This document shows, piece by piece, positions 1-9,100 of a DNA stretch of 64,000 nt (position 1 is its first letter; each line of letters starts with the position of its first letter). The stretch spans positions 264,727 through 328,726 of the forward strand of contig CP064960.1 of the NCBI GenBank assembly GCA_016699105.1, given 5' to 3'. Source of the DNA: a bacterium. GTDB lineage: Bacteria > Patescibacteriota > Saccharimonadia > UBA4664. Made by a program: the position numbers and the translations under genes. The notes below the pieces were generated by a model, which saw nothing but the letters and a program-made list of their open reading frames with translations, was not told the origin of the DNA and did no database searches.

Positions 1-104
1 CCGTCATTCCATTACTTTTTATCGTATCAGCAATAGCGGTACTAACTAATTACAACGGATGGCGGTGGACGGCCTGCCTATGGACTCTGGGGGCCTTCTT
101 TGGG

Positions 105-842
105 GTGTGGGCGGTGGTAATTGGATATACTGACATCGACACCGATATCACCGGGTACCGGCAAATATTTACCGGGGCTTTAGTGATTGCACCCGTACTT
201 GCACTGACTGGTTTCCTGGTCATGTCCGAGGTAGCGGCCTCCACCGCATCACGGCACCGGCTCAAGCCATTTTGGCCATTCTCATATCTGGGAGACGATT
301 GGACGGAAGCAATTTTGAATCTGGGATTGCTCCTCCTACTGAGTCCGGCCATAATCATCATCTGGTGTTTCACCTTGGCGTGGGCGTGGGTGGCGCTTGT
401 GTTTCGGTTCCCCGAGCCCGAATGTGTACCGGCGGTAGTTCTCGATGATGAACAACCAGCTCAAGCTATTTTTGACCTGTATATCGAAGCTTTTCACGAG
501 GTCGCCGGAAAAATGTCGGCCACCTTCAAGGTTTCTGCGGACAGCGTGGTCGTACGCACCAAAAACGCCAAGGTCGAGTTGTGGCAGATGGATGAGATAG
601 TTGGCATAACGATCGACGGCCTCGACACTGGTTATTGGCATACGGGGGAGGACGGAAATATCGACGAGTATTTCTGGATAGCCATCGGTGCTTTACGTCA
701 TGGCATTAAGCATAAGCGGAATCTTTTATATATGCGCGAGGGTTGGGTGTATTGCGACGAAATGTCGATTTGGGCAGTGTCTTCGGCTCAAGATAGTAGC
801 TTCAGTTATCTCAAATACCGGCGAGATCGTAAAAAGTCCTAA
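105..842 (+). CDS. hypothetical membrane protein; N-terminus may lie outside the window
   Basis: 245-aa ORF with hydrophobic segments in the first ~100 aa; no recognisable motifs. Confidence 0.3.
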   Translation: MWAVVIGYTDIDTDITGYRQIFTGALVIAPVLALTGFLVMSEVAASTASRHRLKPFWPFSYLGDDWTEAILNLGLLLLLSPAIIIIWCFTLAWAWVALVFRFPEPECVPAVVLDDEQPAQAIFDLYIEAFHEVAGKMSATFKVSADSVVVRTKNAKVELWQMDEIVGITIDGLDTGYWHTGEDGNIDEYFWIAIGALRHGIKHKRNLLYMREGWVYCDEMSIWAVSSAQDSSFSYLKYRRDRKKS

Positions 843-1615
843 CGACTTTTACTAGCAGGCTTCTGCGATTCCAAATACTCGCGAACCTCACGAATGAGGA
901 AGAGGCTGACGTCGTCCATCGTGGTGCCAGAAGGATGAAACGGTACACTGATGACCCGGATGAGCAAGAGGATATATACCATCATAAAGGTAATACTGCC
1001 TGTAATGACCAGCTCGCCGGAGGTAGTCGACATATTAGTGAGCACAAGGGTAGTCACAACGATGCCCACGATTAGCCAGACCAGCAATGTAGCTGATGGT
1101 AAGAATTGAATGCGTTGAATGTAATTGATGCGGTATAAATTGTTTGATAATTGCGAAGATTGCGTCTTGAGCTTGGTTACAAAGTTTGGTGGTACCCCGG
1201 CGCGCTCCATTTGACCATACGAACCTTGGAGGTCGGTGATTTCCTGCCGTGCTTGGTGCCGCTCTTGCCGCGTACCCAGGCGAAATTGGGACAACACATT
1301 GAGTAAGCCCAACCGGAACGCTTCTAAGTCAAAATCGGGATAACTGACGTGCAGTTGCTTGGCATCGTGGTACATGTCGTCGATGGTAGACGCAAATTGA
1401 GCCGGTAATCGTTCACTTTCTTTGAAATCGGCAATATTAGCCGATAGCAAGAAGCTGATGACGAATATAGCGCTGGAGACGAGGGCGTTATGAAGAGAAC
1501 TCTGCTCGATGGGCTCGAATTGAAAATAGTAATGCAGCACGAGCTTGATCGTGATTACTACCAGCGTGACGAGTAAAGAAATGAGGAGCAGTTTGGTGCG
1601 GACGAATAGGTTCAT
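839..1615 (-). CDS. bestrophin-like / UPF0187-family membrane protein (tentative)
   Basis: Multi-TM protein; C-terminal 'VPFHPSGTTMDDVSLF' resembles the bestrophin 'NPFG.D.nDL' signature. Confidence 0.35.
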   Translation of the reverse strand: MNLFVRTKLLLISLLVTLVVITIKLVLHYYFQFEPIEQSSLHNALVSSAIFVISFLLSANIADFKESERLPAQFASTIDDMYHDAKQLHVSYPDFDLEAFRLGLLNVLSQFRLGTRQERHQARQEITDLQGSYGQMERAGVPPNFVTKLKTQSSQLSNNLYRINYIQRIQFLPSATLLVWLIVGIVVTTLVLTNMSTTSGELVITGSITFMMVYILLLIRVISVPFHPSGTTMDDVSLFLIREVREYLESQKPASKSR

Positions 1616-1621
1616 GACTTC

Positions 1622-2020
1622 CTATTGTAGCAGCTCGATCTTTAAGCCTGGCACCGTGCAACGAGCTAGGTGCTTGTCATTCGTCATAAATGTATCTGCC
1701 CTGACACTCATTGCCGTGGCGAGGTGAATGGCGTCACCAAGACCGATGAGTGGAGTGTGATGAGCCCGGAGCTTGGCGGCATCGATTAAAATGTGGCGGT
1801 CAATTGGCCTGAAGTTAAACGGCTGATCATCCAGAAAGGCTTGCGCAATTACGCGATGGCGCTCGGTCTGGAGACTTTGGTGTCCTAAAAGTTCGGCATA
1901 CACCAGCTCGCTGGCTGTACCTTGGGCGCCGGCTGCTCGCAGACAGGCGGCAGCGTGACGGCCAAACTCGTTATGGTCCTGCAGTACATAGATGAAGATG
2001 TTGGTGTCAAACGCTACCAT
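1622..2020 (-). CDS. vapC: PIN-domain toxin VapC
   Basis: N-terminal 'VAFDTNIFIY' with acidic residues typical of PIN nucleases; 132 aa; sits directly after a small AbrB-type ORF. Confidence 0.75.
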   Translation of the reverse strand: MVAFDTNIFIYVLQDHNEFGRHAAACLRAAGAQGTASELVYAELLGHQSLQTERHRVIAQAFLDDQPFNFRPIDRHILIDAAKLRAHHTPLIGLGDAIHLATAMSVRADTFMTNDKHLARCTVPGLKIELLQ

Positions 2021-2026
2021 GGCTGG

Positions 2027-2260
2027 CTACGACCGGTCCAGCTCGCGCCTCATGTGACGCTGATGGTCAATGGCGTCTTCCAGCAATACGCCTTTGAGTG
2101 TACCTTGGTACCTGTCGACAGGATCCTGCACAGTAAAGGTAATGCTGTGCTCGTTGACCGATTGGACATAGAGCTGTTGCCCTTTCTCCAGTGACAGTTG
2201 CCGCCGGGCTGCTTTCGGAATGACCACCTGGTAGTTATCTGATAATTTAACGGTATTCAT
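2027..2260 (-). CDS. vapB: AbrB/MazE-type antitoxin VapB
   Basis: 77-aa ORF immediately upstream of vapC with a swapped-hairpin-like N-terminus ('VKLSDNYQVVIPKAARRQL'). Confidence 0.6.
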   Translation of the reverse strand: MNTVKLSDNYQVVIPKAARRQLSLEKGQQLYVQSVNEHSITFTVQDPVDRYQGTLKGVLLEDAIDHQRHMRRELDRS

Positions 2261-2288
2261 ATGTTATATGATACTAAGTTATTGTACG

Positions 2289-2675
2289 TTATGCAAAACG
2301 TTTTAGAGTTTTAGTAGCTAGTCCGGTGGTATATACAGGAGTCGATACGTTCATGTTGCCCGACTTATTGTATTCTTGCGCGCCTATGGCTATGGCAGCT
2401 TCAATGCGATGCCAGTTAATTTGTCCCGTCAGATCGAGGTCATTGACTGGGTCTACCTGGGCGAAGCGGCCTATTTGGGATAGGTCGGTACGGGCTCCCA
2501 TGCTGCCCAACCCATGCCGTTGTCTGCAGCATTGGTGAGAGGGGGCGTAGGTAGTTCTATTTAGGGCGCAGCTAGTTAGACGATTGAGGTTGTCGTACGC
2601 TGGTACTTCGGTGCCCTTTCGGCGAGGACTTAATCTAGCGCACCCTAAGATGCCTGGCGTTTGCTGTCCAGCCAA
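2289..2675 (-). pseudogene. degenerate orphan RHS C-terminal remnant (core-end motif plus short variable tip)
   Basis: Encodes '...GARTDLSQIGRFAQVDPV...' matching RHS '[18 protein letters not shown]'. Nucleotides 2500-2522 (ctgcccaacccatgccgttgtc) are identical to 4901-4922. Confidence 0.45.
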
Positions 2676-3103
2676 GCTTCAAATCTATGCATATTTTTTG
2701 GGGAAGGTAGCGGCATAGTCCACATTGCCGACCAGTGTATGTTCTCGCCCAAATATTTCTTGGCTGCAGCCATAAATCTCATGTGAGCGTAAAAAGACGC
2801 GCAGGAAATCAGTATAATACCATAAATCAGCAATGATTTGACTATGTCACTCAGAATAGGCTGATATCTGAACAAAGTAGTTTCAACTAGAACTACAACC
2901 ACTAAGCATTGAAGCACTCTAAGAAGAATAAAGGCGCGGCGCTCCCAACTAGCAGCATCTCTCCCGAGCAGTTTTGTAAGGAGATTAAATGTCTCATTTC
3001 GCATACTCAAACCCATTTCTTTTAATACGAGGGACACATCTATCAATATACTACTGTTCAACGTTGCGCGATTGCACGCTATCTTATCGCCAATTAACTG
3101 CAA
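2645..3103 (-). CDS. hypothetical membrane protein (candidate immunity gene in the RHS orphan array)
   Basis: 152-aa ORF with a long hydrophobic helix; position only. Confidence 0.25.
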   Translation of the reverse strand: MQLIGDKIACNRATLNSSILIDVSLVLKEMGLSMRNETFNLLTKLLGRDAASWERRAFILLRVLQCLVVVVLVETTLFRYQPILSDIVKSLLIYGIILISCASFYAHMRFMAAAKKYLGENIHWSAMWTMPLPSPKNMHRFEAWLDSKRQAS

Positions 3104-3324
3104 TCAACTTAATAGCCAGCCAGCCGGACACCACGGTGATAAAAAATGATAATACTTGGCATAGCAACTTGAGAATATCGCTTCATAGCATTCGATTGAT
3201 CCAGATTTTTCAGTATCCGATTGCCGTTCTGTATCCAGTAAGCTAAGCAGACTAATGATGCAAGAAAGACCGACATCGATGCTATAAAAATACTCAGCAT
3301 ATCGTTCATTCAACTAACCCTTGT

Positions 3325-3731
3325 TCATTCGGTAAGACTTTGTAATAGCATCGCTATGCCCATGATAATCAATACCACACCAGTTACGGGACCGTATGCC
3401 TTTATTACCCGCTGTCGTTGAGGACTAACCTCAATTGTTTTCAATACTTCTTTTGTCATCCATTCTCTAAATATTATGCTGGCTACTCCGCCAAGGATTA
3501 AGAGGATCGAGTTCATTGTATTCATTAATATGATTCCATTAACTTTGAAATTGCATAGATAGCAAAAGCACTGCCCACAATTCGCAAAAATAAGTGTCCT
3601 TGGCGTATGTCTGCGTCGTAAGTTTTAATGCTTAGCATTGAGTCTCTCATGTCGCTCATTGTTTTTGTCGTTTGATATGGAAAGACGGCGAGAGTAGCTC
3701 CAAAGATAGCTAGTATTAAGTAAAATATCAT
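3325..3731 (-). CDS. two consecutive small membrane proteins (66 and 68 aa)
   Basis: ORFs 3525..3731 and 3325..3525 each carry 1-2 TM helices; function unknown. Confidence 0.25.
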
Positions 3732-3824
3732 AACAATTTCGCCTTACTCTAGAGGCTCCATAGCTTCATTACATAAATAGCTTGGCGTAAAGCTATCACA
3801 ATATATTTAGGCTTCGCTATATGT

Positions 3825-4157
3825 TTAGTGGCTACCTGAATGACTTCGACTCCAAGTATTAAGATGAAGCCATGTCTGAACACATACAATTGCAATAAAT
3901 ATTGCTAGCAGTACGATTGGCCAGCCTAAACCGACAAACGCTTGGCTTTCAAAACTCTTACCTAATTCATCAGCGCGTAAGGCCGCTTTAACAGTATTGC
4001 TTATAATGCCTGCGAAACTCAAATAGAGTAAAATAAGTATCAACTTCAAACCAATTGAGTATTTACCCTTACCAAATATTAATAGTGTTGTGCCCCATAC
4101 AACTACACAAATCATTGTAATTACGGCAATGATAGTTATTACGTCCCCAATGTACAT
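3825..4157 (-). CDS. hypothetical membrane protein (candidate immunity)
   Basis: 110 aa, three hydrophobic helices. Confidence 0.3.
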   Translation of the reverse strand: MYIGDVITIIAVITMICVVVWGTTLLIFGKGKYSIGLKLILILLYLSFAGIISNTVKAALRADELGKSFESQAFVGLGWPIVLLAIFIAIVCVQTWLHLNTWSRSHSGSH

Positions 4158-4180
4158 TATTTTTAATACCTTTCGTTAAA

Positions 4181-4486
4181 TTACGGATTGCAGCCACTTA
4201 ATTGCATACGTACCCAACTGACTTCAGGCGCATTATCATCGAGGTTCCAAGATTCTTTATATTCAGTAAAAAATAAACCTGGGTAGTTGGCATGACACTC
4301 GAATTGGTCATATAAACTCTGCGAGTACGGTGTATGACTTAACTGCAAAGCCTCACTAAATGCTCGTTCAGTATCCTCTCGAGAGTTTGACCTACCATAA
4401 GTTGTAGGTATGACTTCTAAGTAAGGAACGTTTGCTCTTGTTTTCCACTTAGCACTATTGATATATAGCGGCTTTTGGGGTGGCAA
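4181..4486 (-). CDS. hypothetical soluble protein (candidate immunity protein for orphan RHS tip)
   Basis: 101-aa ORF directly downstream of the orphan RHS cassette. Confidence 0.3.
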   Translation of the reverse strand: MPPQKPLYINSAKWKTRANVPYLEVIPTTYGRSNSREDTERAFSEALQLSHTPYSQSLYDQFECHANYPGLFFTEYKESWNLDDNAPEVSWVRMQLSGCNP

Positions 4487-4613
4487 AGGCTTATTAAGTT
4501 GGTTAAACGCATCACTTGCCCTTCGCTTAGATTCAGTTGTTGGTTCCTGCCTTGTATTTTTACAGCCTGGCTAGTAGAGACAGCTGTAGCGATAACACTA
4601 AATCCAAATGTGA

Positions 4614-5723
4614 CTATCGCGATAACCTGCCCTCCCCTGCCTTGATGTCATTATATAGTGCTGCGGCCCCTGCCTTAGCGTCATTGTAAAGCTGACCAGC
4701 CTTCGCTTTCATATCTTCCCACCAACCCCGACCAGAATAATCATTGAAGTTTACAGGATCATTCACATAGCTATATGCATTGTCCGTACCACCTTCTACG
4801 GGGTCGATACTGGTAAAGCGGCCAATGGAAGGTAAGTAGACCCTCGCGCCCATTTCAATGATGGGAATACTAAACATACTCTCGGCTTTGCGGGTGGGAC
4901 TGGCTGCCCAACCCATGCCGTTGTCACTAGCATTGGTGAGGGTAGTTTTGCTAGTACCAAAGGTGTTGCTGTTGAGAACTTGGCCAAAGGGATCGTAGAG
5001 CATGACGCTGGTGCTCGGTAGACCGGTGGCGGCTACTTGGATGGCTGTATCGCCATGGAAGTTTTTGAGGGAGTAGATAGGAGTGCCGTTTTTGACGGTA
5101 AGTGATACGCCTCCTGGAAGGCCAATGTATTTGTCGAGGGTGGTGCAGCTTGATTGGTTACTGGTGCTACATGTCAGCATAACACCACCGGCGTTGCGGT
5201 AGACTTTGTCGAGGACGGAGTTTCGATATTCTCGCTTGATGAGGACGGCACCACCGGCGGATTTGACGTACTCGGTCCAATTGGTGCCCTGCTGGATTTT
5301 GGTGTTTTGATCACTGGCGTCGTAGGTGAACTGGATGGGTGCACCGGCACCAGTAACTTGCGTGATGTTGCCGTGGTCGTCGTATGTGGGAGTGCCAATC
5401 TGAGAGTCAGTGGAGCTGAAGAGCCGGTCGGCCGCCGAGTAGCAGGATGTGGTGGTCGTGTTTTGAGAGTTGAGGGTATTGGTAATGCTCGTACTGGTTC
5501 GGTTGCCATTTTTGTGGGCATTGGCATTGTAGCCTGAGATACTCGTACAAGCAGCCTGTTGGGTACTGAAGCCGTATTGGTACTGCCAGTTGTCGATGGT
5601 CGTCTGAGTGAGCCGGCCGAGGGTGTCGTATTGGTAGGAGGCTCCGGCAGATTGGGCGCCTTTGGTGATGGTGTCTGAGGTAACGAGGCCTTTTTGGACT
5701 GAGAGACCGACAGTTTCGGACAT
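4614..5723 (-). CDS. orphan RHS C-terminal cassette (YD repeats, RHS core end, alternative short C-terminal tip)
   Basis: The 369-aa product is near-identical at protein level to residues ~1880-2230 of the 2446-aa RHS protein (starts '[17 protein letters not shown]', carries '[11 protein letters not shown]...[15 protein letters not shown]'). It then diverges into '[19 protein letters not shown]...'. Confidence 0.75.
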   Translation of the reverse strand: MSETVGLSVQKGLVTSDTITKGAQSAGASYQYDTLGRLTQTTIDNWQYQYGFSTQQAACTSISGYNANAHKNGNRTSTSITNTLNSQNTTTTSCYSAADRLFSSTDSQIGTPTYDDHGNITQVTGAGAPIQFTYDASDQNTKIQQGTNWTEYVKSAGGAVLIKREYRNSVLDKVYRNAGGVMLTCSTSNQSSCTTLDKYIGLPGGVSLTVKNGTPIYSLKNFHGDTAIQVAATGLPSTSVMLYDPFGQVLNSNTFGTSKTTLTNASDNGMGWAASPTRKAESMFSIPIIEMGARVYLPSIGRFTSIDPVEGGTDNAYSYVNDPVNFNDYSGRGWWEDMKAKAGQLYNDAKAGAAALYNDIKAGEGRLSR

Positions 5724-5915
5724 AGTGGCGCCATCCTCCTCAGCGCTGGCACGGCTGCTGCTGCATATTTGGTGCCGCTCTTACTACTGCCTGGCTCCAC
5801 ATGCCCTGTCGCTGGTGGTTTTGGCTTGTTTCAACTGGTCGTAGGTTAGCACTTTGTTCAAAGGGAACCTAGTGGCTGGCACCGGCGCCGTTATGCGGCG
5901 AGGCGGAGGCTAGTA

Positions 5916-6128
5916 TTAGGGCCTGATTTCGGCAAGAAGGTAATAGAGACCACCTATTGATAATGCGCTGCCGACAATAACATACATTATTCTTGTTATG
6001 ATACGTTCTCTATCGCCGAACTTTGAACCAAACATGTAATTTTGAGCTTTGATGTAGTAATTACTAATCCTGCCATTAAATATCACGAAGATTAACCCGG
6101 CGCAAATTTGAAGTAGTATCCAGAACAT
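5916..6128 (-). CDS. small two-TM protein, candidate cognate immunity protein of the main RHS toxin
   Basis: 70-aa ORF 28 bp downstream of the RHS stop; two hydrophobic helices. Confidence 0.35.
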   Translation of the reverse strand: MFWILLQICAGLIFVIFNGRISNYYIKAQNYMFGSKFGDRERIITRIMYVIVGSALSIGGLYYLLAEIRP

Positions 6129-6155
6129 ATCCTTATAATCCCACTTTATGTAAAG

Positions 6156-9100
6156 TTAATACAATACAAACGGACTGCCGACGCATTGCGTAAATACAGA
6201 CGCACCTCCAGGCAGCATGAGACCGTACTCTGCTTTCCGCGGATCAAGATCATTTCCTGACGAGACTCCGAAACCTGCACCCGCTGTCCATGAGGTGGTG
6301 CATCCCTCTGTGGGCTCACTAGGGGAATAAGTTATATTTAGGCCTTTTCCGGGTGTTGAAGGACCAGTGCCCCAATATGGCCTTGCGCCTTGGTTATTCA
6401 CCATAACACCTGCCCCCGCACCCCAGGGTATCGGTATGGCGGTACCTGGTACTGGTATAAGAAACCCATATGATACGCCAACATTAATGTAACCCCACCC
6501 AGACTCCCCTGGACTGGGATTGCTAGGTGGTAGAGATCTTACGATAGAGCCGCTTTGTATGTCCCTTGCAGTTTGGCGATTTTGCTGCTGTGTATTTGGT
6601 GCTGCTCGTACCGTTGCCTGTCTCCACACACCCTGGTTGATAGTAGCACTTATCGGAGCAGGAGCAGCATTGACCGTAGTTTTCTGGGGAGCACCTTGAA
6701 GCAGATAGTCTGTGTTGGCTGAGCAATAAACACCAGGGACACATCTGCCTGAATAATCGTTTGAGCTAACAGGGTCGTTTACATAGCTATAGGAGTTTAC
6801 TGAGCCGCCTTCGACTGGATCCACGCTCGTAAACCGGCCCACACTTGGCAGGTATACTCGGGCACCCATCTCCACTACTGGAATTGAAAACATCGATTCA
6901 GATTTACGTGCCGGGTCAGCCGCCCAGCCCATGCCATTGTCACTGGCATTAGTGAGCGATGTCTTACTCGTACCAAACGTATTACTCGCCAGTACCTGCC
7001 CAAACGGGTCATACAACATGACGGCGGTGGAAGGTAGGCCATTGGCACCCACCTGGATGGCAGTATCACCATGGAAGTTTTTGACTGAGTACACGGGTGT
7101 ACCGTTCTTGAGCGTTAAACTCACACCACCCGGAAGGCCGATGTATTTATCCAATGTGGTACATGAGCTCTGATTACTGGTGGAGCAGGTGAGCATGACC
7201 CCACCGGCATTACGATAGACTTTGTCGAGCACCGAGTTGCGGTATTCGCGCTTAATGAGCACGCTGCCGCCAGCACTCTTCACATACTCCGTCCAATTGG
7301 TGCCCTGCTGGATCTTGGTGTTCTGGTCACTGGCATCGTAGGTAAACTGGATGGGAGTACCGGCTCCGGCCAGTTGGGTAATGTTGCCGCGGTCGTCGTA
7401 GGTAGGGGTACCAACCTGGGTGTCGGTAGAACTGGCCAGCCGGTCGGCGGCGGAGTAGCAGTAGTTACTGGTAGTGGTACTGCTGGTAAGTGTGTTCGTG
7501 ACCGCAGTACTCGTCCGGTTGCCGTTCTTGTGAGCATTGGCGTTGTAACCAGGGGTGCTGGTACAAGCGGCTTGTTGCGTCCCAAAGCCGTATTGGTACT
7601 GCCAGTTGTCGACCGTAGCCTGAGTCAATCTCCCGAGGCCGTCGTACAGGTAGCTGGCGCCGGCGGTCTTGCCGCCTTGGGTGAGGCTGTCACTGGTAAC
7701 CAGGCCTTTTTGGACTGACAGGCCGACAGTCTCGGATATGGTGGTATTGTCGGCAAAGGTGAAGACCGAGCCAGTGGTGCGTTGGAGGTTGTCTCGTGTG
7801 ACTTGGGTCAGGCGCAGGGTGTTGGTGCCGTTGGTGGCCTGTGGGTAGTTCACGGTCGCCAAGCGACTGTAGCTGTCGTAGGTCATGGTGGCGTAGGTCG
7901 TGCCATCCAAGGCGTAACTGGTGACTTGGCTGAGGGTGTTGTAGGTAGGAACCTCGGTGCCCTTGAGGCTGGTGGTTTGACTAACCCGTCCGAGTGTATC
8001 GTAGGTGGTAGATGTGGTATAGCCGAAGACATCGGTAGTGTTGGTGGTGCGGCCCAAGAGGTCGATGGTGACGCTTGAAGTACCGGTGACTGAGTCAGTG
8101 GAAGAACCGTTTAGGGGGTTGCCCGAGACAGCATAATCGTAGCTGATTGTCCGGCCAGTCCGGCCTGAAATTGTCGGTGTGATGGTCTGCGAGACGCGGC
8201 CGCGGCTATCGTAAGTGGTACATGACCAGGGGTCGGTTTGATTTGTTGCGCCAATCATCCGCGAGGCCACGATGCGGCCAGCATCGTCGTAGATGACTTC
8301 GGTTTTTCGGCCGCTGAGCGTACCGCCACCATCTGGGTCCTGCTCGGTCTTGAGTTTGCTCATTCCGGCTTGTTTATAGCTTTCGGTGGTGCCTGCGGTA
8401 CACGGGTTGTCGGCTGTGTCGGTGGCGGCATAGTAGCTGTAGGTAGTAGCTGTACCACCAGGGAGCGTTTTACCGGTCTGACGTAGGTATGAGCCGGTGG
8501 CGCCCGGTGTTTCGTAGGTACTCGAACTAGAATAGTTGAGGCCGGTGGGATCGGCGGTTGCGGACGTAAGTAAACCAAGCTCGGGATTGGTGCCATAATT
8601 GTTGGTTGCTGTAGTATTACCTACTTGAGAATCATAGACTTTGTTGGTTGTACTCAAGCCGTAGCCAGGACTCCAGCCCCAGTTTTGGATGGCGCAGTCA
8701 TAGTATGCGTCTGGTCGGGTGACACAGAGGTCGAGGCGGGCGTCACTAAGGGTGCTGGGGGCAGTGTATTTTTCGATCCTGATACGGTGCCAGGAGTCGG
8801 CGGTGTTGACGTAATTGCCTTCAGTAAGCTGACGGTACCCGGTATCACGCCAGTCACCGACGATAAGCTGATCGTCGATATAGAGCAAAAATCCATCATC
8901 GGTATAGGCACGCCATTTGTAAGTACCTGTTTGCATGAGGTGGACCCACCCAGTCACGCGCGCGCCCCACCCTTTGCCGGAGTCGGGGGTGATAGGCTGG
9001 CCAATGCCATAGCCCGGCCAATTAGTGCCCCAAATGGCATATACGCCTTTATCAGCAGGGTTAAGTCCGGTTTGGTGCTTTCTGGGCGTGCCGACTAGGG

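Noticed and set aside
5174-5800. 208-aa Pro/Ser/Thr-rich ORF, and similar ORFs (7280..7585, 8360..8596, 11672..12280, 10310..10798), on the minus strand inside the RHS genes
   Set aside because: They lie in alternative frames of the same strand within the long, well-supported RHS reading frames. Their low-complexity P/T/S composition is the typical off-frame artefact of Gly/Thr-rich YD-repeat coding sequence.
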